From: Psilocybe cubensis
Taxonomy: Eukaryota
Length of the DNA: 64,000 bases
Direction: 5' to 3'
Assembly (NCBI GenBank): GCA_017499595.2
Contig: CM038999.1
Coordinates: 2,356,001 to 2,420,000, forward strand
This document shows, piece after piece, positions 13,591-25,699 of this stretch (position 1 is the first letter of the stretch; every line of letters starts with the position of its first letter). The notes under the pieces were generated by a model. That model worked only from the letters and a program-made list of their open reading frames with translations. It did not search any database and had not been told where the DNA came from. The translations under genes and the position numbers were made by a program.

Positions 13591-15989
13591 CTAGGAGCTA
13601 TTCGTTGCCACCCAGATCCGTTCTTCCTGTTCCTCCCCTGTCGTATAACCTTCTCCCTCGCTGCTCAATGCCCATTCATCAAACAACGGTCCTTGCCCCA
13701 GTGTTGGGATCTTTGCCCCCCGTTTCTTCAAAAAGGTCAACACCTCTGAAGCATATCGCCAACCTTCCGTAACGTCCTTGTCTGCGCCACTCTTCGAAGG
13801 CACAATATCTCCACCGTACATCTGCGCTAGATGCGGACTCGCATTCACCTTTTTGTCTTTACCAGCACGAGTCAGATGATCAAAGAAACTGGCCAATGCA
13901 TTCACAGCTTCAACACGAGACCTCAACACATGGCGCACAAGGCGACGCGAGGGAGGCCGGCGAGCAGGTCGCGTTTTCACCTGGGGTTCGTTTTGTAAAT
14001 TGAAGTCAGTGGGGCTTCCGGGGGTTGCAGGCGATGTCTCGCTTGCGTTGGGCTTGGGTGTGGATGGCCGGTCAATCCATTGGTTTGCGGGAGGAATCCG
14101 AGGTTTGGTGTACTGGGACAGTGCTGTCATAGATAGATCCCATCTTTTGGGAGTCCAAACGCCGACCAGCACACGCCACGCAGCAATAAATCGCTTCGCA
14201 CTAGGTAGAAGAAGTTTAATGACACGATACTGTATTGAGATGACGTTCAACCAACCGTTCGTAGTTGCCTTGACGAGAAGTGTGAGCAGAGGAACACCGA
14301 ACTAGGGTGGGGATCGGAGCTTACCATCAATCATCCTAATATGATACACAGCAAACAGGTACACCAGGGTTGCGGCTAGTAGGGCGCCGAGACTTGTATA
14401 CCAAAACATAGCCCAAAGGAAAAAGAATGCAGCAGGATAAATAAGAAGCGATGAGAGCAGTCCAAAAGCAACTTTGTTCTGGGCTTGGGTCTCTTCTTCG
14501 TTTTCCACGAGTTTAGCGCCTATGCGGCCCATGATGTAAACAGGACTGTGGACAACAAGAGGGATAAAAAAGAATGGTAGCTGAATGAGAGCAGCAATAG
14601 AGTCGCGAATTAGAATTATAAGAGTGTACAGTCGGCTGGGGACAGTGGCAGGAGTATTAGGGTCTAATGAACGTGGAAGGGGAAGAGAAGATAAAACCGA
14701 ATTTGAGAGATGGGAAGACTGTAATAATGAGTAATATTCAAGTAGCCGCCGTTTGGCTGTTTTGAAGTTGGGTGTTATATCCGGGCTTGAGAATAGATCA
14801 ACGAGACTAAAAAGACGTTGGGAAAACAATGAAAAGCCATGACAAGGGGGTGAACATACGTTTGTGATATAGGCACAAAATCTTCAAGGTTAATTGACCT
14901 GTCTTTCTCCCAAAGAAGTTCACGAGCCATTCTGGCAGCATAAAGTGTGTCCCTAAGAAAATGAGGTTAATTAGCCAATATTTGATTTCTCCACTTTCTC
15001 ACTAACCAGTCTGGAGCATTAATGCTCGTTGAGACCAGCTCACGCTCAATGGAGCGAGTGAGGCGCTTGACAGCCGCGCGCGGTTCCCCGTCCACATCAG
15101 ATAGGAATTGTTCCTTGTATGGATCGATAGCGAGAGGACGACCAAATCTGGTCAGAGTAGTCAGAGAAATATATCTTGGCTCGTAAAAAGACATCATACT
15201 CCATGATAACCTGTATAGATCCATATTAGATACAAACACACTTGGAGACGGGAGGGCACTTACACCGCTCCTATACTTTGACTTGTTGGTGTAGACAATA
15301 GACACGGGGATGATGGTAACGTCTCGGAAATTACCCTCCGTAGCATGCTGCTTCGCCCATTTCGTGTACTCGCATGCTGCCCAAGCAGCGCCATCTTTGA
15401 CCTGCATTATTCTGGGCTCCGTATAACTAGTGCCCTCGGGAAACAAAGCTACTGCCCCACCTCCGGCCAGCGCATCAATTGTTCCTTTGAATAAGACTTG
15501 TCTATCTTTTGATTTACGGTCCACGGGAATGTTGCCAGAGGAGTAGAGGATCCAGCTCATGACAGGATGCTTGAAGAGGCTCGCTTCAAAGAGTTTTTGG
15601 GTCAGAGGTCGTGTCAAGCCAATAACTCGGCAAAAAGGTAACAGTACATACCTTTGCTCCAGTAATTGAGCATCCTCTGGTATGGAAATCCTACAGCTGG
15701 TCGAACCCTTGATGAGCGCCAGCCTATGCTTCTTCGATGAACAAGAGTCCTTACAAAGTATGACGGGATCCAACATCATGTTGTGGTGAGTCGCGGTCCT
15801 GGTAGAAAAGGTGCGTTAGAGTAGATATCTATTATTTTTCCTGGACACTACTGACACAATAATGGGGCCATCCTTGGGGACATTTTCGCCTCCTATGACA
15901 CGAACTTCATGGAAAAACGAGTCGACGGCGAGGCTGGAAATGAACCGAATGAGACGGTGGAGAGCTTTGGTGTCGTTGGACTGCGCCAT
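13591..15989 (-). CDS. Glycerol-3-phosphate/DHAP O-acyltransferase (Gpt2/Sct1-like)
   Basis: PlsC motifs 'GGENVPKDGPII..ATHHNMMLDP', 'GNIPVDR', 'ALFPEGTSYTEP', 'IIPVSIVY'; C-terminal TM segments. Confidence 0.88.
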
Positions 15990-16329
15990 TATGTGCGCAC
16001 AATGGCTCTATAGAGGCGTTATAGGAGGTAATTGGGAGGTAGCACGCAGAGAGAGTAGTCTTTCGGAGGACAACTCAAGTCTACCCATGTTCTTTCACGT
16101 GATTTTGCACCCGCACCCCAAATTGAAGGAAAGAAATTATGAAAAGGAACCATCAACGGATTCTATTGAACATCAATGTTTTACAGAAAGTCCGAAGAAA
16201 GAAGGAAAAAAAGTTTTGGGGAAAGCGTTAATAAAGCACGTAAATAATAAAAGCGTGTAAGTACGTAGGTTTCGGAATCTCCCAGGTATATCATTAAAAA
16301 ATTGGTTCGTGAACAAAGTAGCGTAATGA

Positions 16330-19300
16330 TCAATCATCGTTGCTGTCCATATCATTTTTGTGAACTTGCTGTCGAGGGCCCGGCGTCAACGGTTCAGGTT
16401 CCTCCGCGATAGAAAGCTTAGAGATTTTCCATTTCTGCGAACTGGAGAGTGGTTCTTCATCAGCAGGGTGGGAATGGCTAAGAGCATGTTCTAACGCTGT
16501 TTCAACACCATCAGACAATGACATGCAAACAGAGGGCACAATAGACACATACCCTTTTCTCCACGCTTTTTCAAGCGTAGTGACATAGCTGACTGGAGAG
16601 AGTCAATGTACAAATCATACTTGACGATCTCCCTAAGGAGATATTGTGACTTTTCTTCCCAGTTGCTTTGCGCCTTCATGGCGTTGGAAGACCTGGCAGA
16701 ATACTATAAAAAACAAGGTTACCAAGGCATAGCTCGACAAAAGAAAAAAGAAATTACCAAAGCTGCCATGGGCTCCCGCAGGTCATTATGAACCTCAAGG
16801 TCTTTCTTGAGTGATGCCACATGCTTTCGCAAAGCCTCGAGTTGCGTCTCTTCGTCATGAACACTGGCCACAGTGGGCGGCAAAGGCGGTTTCCATTCGT
16901 TGATGAAGGTTTTATCTGATTTAGGCGTATAGGGCCCCCGGATAGTAGCAGACCCATCCTTCCAGCCATATTTACTCCTCGTGCTTTTACCACTCCGCAC
17001 GCTGATGGTGTCTGGAATCTCAGGCTCTCGTTGGAAATCGACCTGCGATTGATTGCGCCCAGAACCATATGTATCAGCCACTCGGCTCCAACCATACTCC
17101 ATATTCGAGACACCGCCGGCCAGGGGTTCTTTACTTGTCCTAGCTGCCCAGTAGTTGCATGTGGACACCCATTCATTAACGAGCTCCTCTGTTCCTGCTT
17201 GGAAGAAGTATACGCCGCGATTGGCCAAGGTCAGGACCATGCAGTGAGGCCTTTTGTTGTAACCGGGAGGAGGTAACGCGTGCGCAAGTGAGTGAGCAAG
17301 GGAAATTTCGCCAACCGGTTGCGCATTGGCCTGGAGAAAAAGCATGAGTATTGATTGACTTGCACTTTATATATACCAGGATACTCACAAGCCAATTCCC
17401 TCCTCCAAAAGTGCCCGTTGCGCCAGATGTATGATCCCCAAAAGTGAACATGTTGAGCTGACCCTTTTGGATGACTACAAAAACATCCAGCCATGCCTTG
17501 TCTTTGGCCCGCTTGCCCGCAGATTCCCAATACTGTTTACGACACAGCATACCTTCTTTTGCCCAAGGTGCACCGAGGAGAGCCAATTCCTCATCGGAGA
17601 TACTGATAGTGGTAGAGGTTGAATCTTCACTGTGCACACTTCTGTCATCGTCCTCTTGTGCTTCACGGATGATGGTGTGAGACAGATTAGACGCAAATCC
17701 TAATGTTGGATTGAGGAACGAAGAGCTTGAGCCGTACATGGCCTTTCCGCCAATTAGTACATTTATATACACCAAAAAGTGACGTTAATTCGCACCTCGT
17801 GGGTAGAAGTAGCAAAGCTGGGAGATGGACTGACTCTACCATCGATGCTGCTGTTGCTACTGTAGGGACTGGTACCAGATTGTACGCTGAGAATGGACTG
17901 TATTCCCCGTATACTGCCCCGTTTCAAAGTCGTCAACCGGTCAGGCTGGCTTCGAAGGCTCCGGTTTCGTATCATGCCACTACCCGCAGGGCTAAGTGAA
18001 GACACTGAAGACCTTGTCAAGCTCGAATTCAGTGGTTGCAGAATTTGCTGGTGTTTGATGGCATTATACATTTCCTTCATAGTTGAAAACCAAAAAAAAA
18101 AAAAATCAATTGAAAAAGCACAATAGAGAAGATTACCATCCACGAACCTTGAGTAGACCCTCCAAATCATTTTCCCAAGCACGAGTATTTTGCCGACTAG
18201 GTGTCACCTGCTGTTGCTGCTGCTGATCATGAACGTTGGAGTTTTGCACGGAAGCCGTACTTCCATTCGACTGCAGTACAGAACCCAGCTTTTCCGCCGG
18301 CGATGCTGGAGAAACCGGAAGCGACAAGATAGCTTCCCTCGACACACTGTTCCAGCTGGTGATGGAATCGCTTCTCTTTGAACGAGTGCCCATCATTTCA
18401 GTGTCATCTGAGCCACGCGTACTACTACTACAATCGTCATACGTGAGGTCAGAGTTTGATAACCGCGCCTCCGAGTTTGACTGGATTTGCGACTGAATGG
18501 CCGCCATAGTGTTTCGTACAAATTGCATGCGAGACATACGAGAGCTCAGCTCCGCGACATGAAGATCGGTGTTGAGCAATAGCAATGAATATGACACAGC
18601 GTGTACAATATCTAACAAAAAAAAATATTACTTTCCGCAAAAAAAAGCAAAAAAAAGTGAAACATTGCTCACTGGCGCTGCCATAAACACCACCAGGGTT
18701 ACAGTCCCAATATCGACGACTGAATTGTTCAAGAATCCTGTCCACCTGCTGTGTTTCGCCTTTCAAGTACAGCTTTCCGCACAGCCGTCTAAAAGCAACG
18801 TCCAAGCGAAGTCCTGCGAAATCGAAAAAGTCGACGTAATGCTTCAGCGCAACCTTATTGATGAGGCCACTATGATGCGGTTTTTAGCGCCAAAATCATC
18901 GGGAAAAACTAAAAATTGAACAACTTACTGTCCACCCAACCATTCCGCAATTTTCTCCTTGGCCAAAAAATCTTCATCCTCGTTCCAGCACCGCGAAGCC
19001 ATATCTTTACCTCTCGTCTCCATATCCTCGTTATCCTCACCAGTAATAATCGGTGTTCCAGAGGACGAAGACGAGGGAACAGACAATGATGAAGACGCGA
19101 CAAAATTATGCGAGCTTCTCTTGGTAGCTGCTGCTCTTAACTTGATCGCCAGCTGGTCTTCGTCCATTGCTGAAACAAGGGATGGCTCGGAGCTCGATGC
19201 CGTTGACCGGTGTAGCACCCTCAGCCGATTGCTGTCGCCGCGTGGGCTGAGAGTGGGACTCTGCTGTTGGCTTTGACTCTGGCTGGGAGCAGGACCACTC

Positions 19301-21136
19301 CTCGATCGCAGAGGAGACAGCTGCCTCGACTGCGTCGAGCTAGAAGTAGCAGCGGCGGCATGGGCAGGCGACAGTTGCAAGGAGGAGCTGCGGGGAGGTA
19401 TCAGTGCGGTAGGTGCGAAAATAGCATCGTCACCCTTGGTGGGGAGTTCCTTGGTGCCACCAGCAGTATCAACAGACCGCCGTGTACTTGCTGGATCGCG
19501 AAGGTCCAATGGCACGGTGTTCAAAGTGGACAGTTCTCCCTTGAACACGTCTAGCAGTCCACTTAGCGACGTCGGTGGTTCAGGGGTTGCAGGAGTATCA
19601 ATGTTAACGTTGGCGATAGTCTTCACAGTCTCGCTAACGCTCATGCTTCTCCGTTTCGGCGTGACAGGAATAGGCGGTAGAGGGGTGGATTTGTCTGTAT
19701 ACGGAGAGGTAGTGGTGGCGTTGTCCTGCATACTAATGATGGGTGGGAGAGGTTTCCTTGATGGCAACCCCCTCTGAGGTGTCCTCGATTCCTTCTCCCT
19801 GTCTTTCTCTGGCACACGCATGGTCGAATAGGATTCAGGAATGGGCGAACGATGTTCCGCAGGGATTGCAGGTACGGGTGGAGGCGGTGTGAATGAATTT
19901 ACCAAGGATGAAGGCGGCTGCGAAGCGTCCGTTTTCTGTAAAGCGAAAGAGATGAAAACAAAAAGTTGTTTAAATATCATAAAGATTTGCCATCACTTTA
20001 TAGATAACAACGCACCGAACGTTCCCTAACAGTATTTTGGCCCATCATCTTTCCCCACAGTGCACTTGTCTTGGCTCTCACAGATGATTTTTGAGGCTTG
20101 ATGGATCAAAAAAAAAAGGAGAGATGAGTTGAGCCACCCGAGCAATACATAAAAAAGCAACGCACTTTAACAGTCCCACTCTCCTTCTGCCGAAGTGGAC
20201 TCGCAAACACCCAATCTGAAGGGCCCTCTGAATTGGGGGAGGCCACCAGAGTCGATGAGGACGCTGGATGCTGGACCCTACTATGGTCAGGTAAGGGGGG
20301 CGGTGGCGAAGAGTCGCGACCTCTCCGTATCTGAGCGCTCCCACTCCCGGCCACACCACTCGCCCCCGTACTCCCGCCCATCACCGCGCCTCCCCGCTCT
20401 TTTGCCTTTCTCAACAGCGTCGCGAGATCTGGAGAACTTGAGGTCCCCGGAGAGCGGTACATCGACCGCCTATTTGTCTGCCTTTCTGCCTCCTCGGCGT
20501 CCATGCCTAAATCATGCGAAGATGAGGACGGTGACGGACCCAGTTGCTGCAAAGTGGTCGTGACCAAATGGGTGTTAGTATTGTTGTTATTGGAGGTGCT
20601 GTTCGTGCTGGACGATAGTCTCCTCAGCGGAGTTGGCGTCGGCGGGAGGACCGTCGGCGTCGAAGGCTGCAGGGAGACTCTTGTGATGCCCCTGGTACTC
20701 TGATTCAGATTCTGCGTCTGTGGCGTCGCAGGCACACTCCCACTAGCGCTAGCAAAGCTTCGATTCGGACTCTGTTCGACTCCTAGCGAATTCACATCCA
20801 GGCCCTCTTTGAGCACAACCGTTCCTTCCTGCTTGAGAGCCTGCTCAAAATCGAGGTCGGTGCGTGACACTCTGCGATGTATCTGCTTACTCCCACTACT
20901 CCCGCTGGCGGTCCCGTTCCCACTATTCAGATCATTATGCGCGACTGGCTGGAGACCAGATGGGTACGCCGAACGAGGACCTTGTGGGCGGATCGGGGCG
21001 GTTTGTTGTCGGAAAAGAGACGCCAGGATGAACGGATACCGTTAAAACGGAATTGTGATCAAAGTTGGGGAGGGGCCAAGTGTGTTTACAGAGAAAGGTA
21101 GTGAGTCGTGTGTACAAAGTTCCAAGTTTAGCCATG
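16330..21136 (-). CDS. Sec7 + PH domain Arf guanine-nucleotide exchange factor (Syt1/EFA6-like); start codon uncertain
   Basis: Sec7 motifs 'KEKIAEWLGG', 'DVAFRRLCGKLYLKGETQQVDRILEQFSRRYW', 'HAVSYSLLLLNTDLH'; PH domain 'GAPWAKEGMLCRKQYWE...W'; long low-complexity N-terminus. Confidence 0.88.
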
Positions 21137-21392
21137 ATTGGTTCCGCATTATCAATTTTGCCGCATTTGGGCCCCATTGATAAAAAAGAAATATATTTGT
21201 GAAGATGTTACAAGTCTATACATCGTATTGAAGGCTAACGGAAAGGGGGAACGGGGAGGGGAAAGAAATAATAAAAAAAAAGGTTGTATATTCAAAGCAA
21301 CAAGATGAGTAACATCGCATCGAAAGGTTTGGTGGCATAATGGTGTTCAAAGATGGCGGGAAAAAATAATAAAAGCAGAACTCTCATCATCA

Positions 21393-24026
21393 TCAACTAT
21401 CTGGAGCCGTTCCGGATGTCCGCCGCTGGCGCTTTATCGTAATTGGACCAAGAGCGACGTTGGGGGGACGGGGTGCAGGCATCACACCCCTTGTTAACCC
21501 TGTCAGTAGTGAGCTGGACTGTGATCGAGGACGGGTCGTCGATGATGCCAACTTGGGAAGCGTAGAAACCCCTCCTTTCCGTGAATTGTTGCTCGGTGTG
21601 CCTGATGCTCGATTCCTGAAAGCACGTGTAAGATGAACCATTCATAATGAATTTTTTTAAAAGATCCCACCTCTTCTTGATGACATCTGTCTTTAGAGAA
21701 AGGGGGCGTACGACACCATGCAGTTTCTGATTTTTAAAAAGAATATTTAAGTGATGGCATTATAAATAAAAACAAAAAACTCACATAGAACAAACCACAT
21801 GCGTTACACAGCGGCTGACCTTCGGGGTCTCGTCTCCACAGTGGTGTGTTGGTGGTTTGACAGTTGGTACACAGAGTCGGAGTCTGATCTGCATCTTCTC
21901 CGCTCGTTAGAGCAGGTTTGGAGTCTTCGGGCGGTTCTGTCGCTCCTGGTGACGGAACCGTACTACTTCTCTGGACTTCTTGGGCAGTTTGTTGCAGCGA
22001 AATATATTTGCGACGAGAAGGCTGCTGTTGTGTAGTTGATGATGTTCCCTCTGTAGAAGGGGGAGTAGATGCGTTGGATACATTGTAAGGTTCAGGGGAG
22101 GCATTGGAACTGGGACCATTTCCCCATTCGTCACTGGACGGGCTCGCGTGGAAAGATGGATAATTCCCATTGCCTGAGCTGTCGTGAAGGATCTGAGTTG
22201 GGTCTACGTGGGTGTAGGATGAAGAGGCCGAGGTGTCGATGTTGGGATAGACAAGACCCATCAGTTGGCGGTAATCAAGTTCATCTGCGCCTGTTACGGC
22301 ATTGAGCTGAGCATAACCCTCGGCCATGACGGCAGAAGCGGCTACAGCAGCCGCGGATAGGCCCTCTGAAGGGGAGGTGGAGGTAGAGTGATAACGATGG
22401 CGAGGATGCTGGAGATAGCTCGAAGGAGGAGGCGGGCCATAGTGGACATTGGAAGAAGGAAGATCAAAGACGCCATCGTAAGGTGGGAAGGAAAAGTTGA
22501 AGGAGGAGGAAGGGAAGGAGGAGGAAGGTGCAGAATCCTGCTCGGAATGATCCAAGCTAGGATGGTGGATGCTGTCGTTAAGGAGAGCGTCTGCAGGGCG
22601 CTTTGTGCCTGAGAGGGAGTCGATAGAAAGGTTTGACTTTGAGTTTTGACGTGATTTGCGAACTGTGTGATCAAAACTTGTCTTGCGAATACGGGCGTAG
22701 GGCCTGTTATCCTTTGGGGGAACTGGAACTCTATTGAAGCCATGGAGACCGGCTGAGGGAAGGGAAGAGGGAATAGCGGTGTTGAAGACGGGATAGCGAC
22801 TGGGGCCGGTATAGGAATCTGGAGCGTCAAAATAAGGAACAGCGTCGTTGGACTCGTAGAGAACACCGAGCTGCTGATCAAAAAGAGGACTGCGACGACC
22901 TGCAGACAAGAGAGAAGTAGTGGGAATGTTCTTGGTCGGGCCGCGTTCTATTGTGGGAAAGGAGAAATGACTGTCGTAGCCAGGCTGAAGACCAACATGC
23001 TGATCAAAAGTGGTTGCACTCGTCGTGGACTCTGGCGGACGAGATCGGGAGCGAGAGGTGGGACGCCAATCCATAGAGATGCGAGAACGCGATCTGCTCA
23101 TTGCCCGCCAGTCCATAGAGACGACGCTGGATGAAAAAGAGTGAGCACAAGATAAAGCGAGACACGGGTCGCAGGACATACTTTTCATCGTCAAGAAGAG
23201 AGTCCTGACCGAGAGCATCGAAGCCGACGACACGGACTCTGGCCTTGCCCTTGTCGATCCTGCGACCACGCTCGTCAGGCTGCTGGTCTACGGGATGGGG
23301 AGCCGACTGAGACTGAGACTGGGGGGGCGAAGAGACGACAGGCGGTGGGGGAGGTTGCTCTGGAACAGAAGATGGGGGATCGGCAGGACGAGGGTCGTCG
23401 TCGTCCTTTTTCTTCTTGAGAGCAAGGGCCATCATACGCCAGGTGATATTCTCCATACGCTGAGCATGGGGTAGGGTGACCTTTGTGCGGGCATACATCT
23501 TCCAGACCTGGGTTGCGAGAGGATCATCCTTTGCAAGCTGCTCTGGATCAACATCGGTGTCTGGAGGACCACCAAGAACAGGGGAACCAGATACACGGGG
23601 ACTGGTGAAGGGGGAAGTTGGCTGAGGGGAAAGAGGTGGCTGGAAGAGATCGTCAGAGAAGAGGTCAGTGAAGAGGGTCGACTTGGACTCTGTCGAGGGG
23701 GAGACTGGGGAGGAGTCTGGGAGAGAGACAGGGCCTGGGACGGGGACTGGGACAGAGCCTGGGACAGAGACTGGGGGGTAGTGAGACTGGGACTGGGGCG
23801 GCGGATGGTAGCTGCTGCTCGCGGCGGACATCCAAAGAGAGGGCGGCAGAGTAGAGGCCGATGGATGGCGATGGGACTGGGACCAGGAGTCTGGGGCTGG
23901 GGGCGGGGCGGGGGGATCGCCGAGGACGCCATTGGCGGCGAGAGCAGCAAAGACAGTCGGGTTGAGGGGCGCGGAGAATATCTGAGACCACTCCTGGGGC
24001 GAGAGGTTGTGGATGTCAGAGGTCAT
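21393..24026 (-). CDS. areA: AreA/NIT2-like GATA nitrogen-regulatory transcription factor
   Basis: DUF1752-type block '[15 protein letters not shown]...[12 protein letters not shown]'; single GATA finger '[50 protein letters not shown]'. The N-terminus may extend upstream (see findings). Confidence 0.88.
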
Positions 24027-24118
24027 TATTGCTGAGAGTGCGAGAGAGCCGCGAGCTACAGCTACTGACTATTAGCGGTCCGTCCTCCTGGACCCGAGAC
24101 ACCCCATATCCCTTGGCA

Positions 24119-25535
24119 CTATTTATTACTGTTGTCTATCCACTGCCACGCCTCCATCAGTTCCCCCCGCCAATGCCCCGTCGCCGCGAATGACACCATG
24201 CATGCCGGGCTGCCGCTCCGTTCGTTAGTACTTGCCCCGTCCATCCCTCTCCCCACTCACTCACCTCAGGTACAGCAGCGCCGGTTGCGCCGCCCCGTAT
24301 CTGTGCATCACCCACATCGTTACCGCCAGCCCCCAGATGTATCCCGCCAGTGTCGCCCGGAAGTATGGCCGGCCGGCCGTCTGCCGTGCGTGGTCGTACC
24401 GCAGGCCCAGCGCGACAAACGTGCCCGGGATGACTACATCTCCCAGTCCGAGCATCGTGTATCCCCTGTCCCCTGCGAGCACAACCGACTTGGGCCACAG
24501 CAGCTTAATTGGTACGTCCAGTGTCGTCGCCACCCGCACCATCTGTGTTTCCGGCCGTGGTTTAGTCCTCTCCGGACACAATTGCAAAATAAAATAAATT
24601 TGTCCCTACCACATCCGTCCCAAAAACCCACCACACGTCGTACACAAATAGTCCGCTCAGCAGGATGCATCCCGTCTTGAACGAGTCAATCCGCAGCAGT
24701 GTCAGTGCGTTGTATGCAAAAGACACACCCAGTAGGTCTGTCAGTAGCACCGATCGCCGTCCGTCGCCCCAGAACAGGTACAGTCCAGACGGCACCGCCG
24801 CCAGCGGGAGCAGAATTATCGACGGCGTGCGCGTCGAAATTCCAATCAACACTACCCGTAAACAAATCAGCAGCCAACCGAAAAAACCCGAAGGGGTCAA
24901 GGATTTACCATGCGAGCCCTTTTTCACGGACATGCGTACTTGATCAAATTTCTTCCACCGCGTCTCCCCAACCAGGTACCTTGTTAGTGAAATCCACGAC
25001 TGCGCGTCAATCAGATTTCGCCTTAGCAGACATGCCCAGTTCTCGACTTACATTCCAGACGCTCCCAACCCCCGCCACCCCAAAGTACCAGCCAAGCATC
25101 CAGTTCAGCCATTCCGTACCGAGATACTTGACCAGTACGTACAGACCTACCAGCGCAATTGACCCAATCTGCCGCATGCCCCATCGTTCATATAGTATCA
25201 CCGCCGAACACTCACACAACTCACTATGGGAAAAATCCACGCATCTTCCGACGACATCCGCTCTTCATTGTCCTCATCCTCGTCGTCTTCCTCGCCATCG
25301 TCATCCTTCTTCTTTTCCGTGCCTGACTTTCTCTAACGACATGTTCTCAAAAAAGGTAATCGTTTAAACACATTAAAACAACAAAACACACCGGAAGAGA
25401 ACCATTAGCTCCGGCGTAGATCGAGCACGTAGCCAGGCCAAGCAGCCCAGCATAAGAAGACAGCAGGTCCCAGTCCACCTCCTGCAGCCTCAATGCCTGC
25501 ACAGACTGGTAAGCCATTTCTGTCAGACGCTCCAT
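24119..25535 (-). CDS. Signal peptide peptidase (presenilin-type aspartyl protease, MEROPS A22B)
   Basis: 'LFVYDVWWVFGT' (YD), 'MLGLGDVVIPG' (GxGD) and 'QPALLYL' (PAL) motifs. The last exon reads SPACMVSF...WQWIDNSNK*. Confidence 0.9.
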
Positions 25536-25699
25536 GCGCAGTAGAAAGCAAATTCAAGTGCCCGCGATCTCTAGTGAATGCACAGTGTCCGTGTGCAAGC
25601 TGCAAGTGCAGCGATATTAATAGCGAGTCGAGCAAGTCATGGCGCGGCGTTGCAAGTTGGCCGGAGCCGGCAGTAGCCCGGCTATGATTTGCAAAGGTG

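Noticed and set aside
23432-25367. Long overlapping and antisense ORFs over areA and SPP
   Set aside because: Expected by-product of high GC content (few stop codons); translations are low-complexity.
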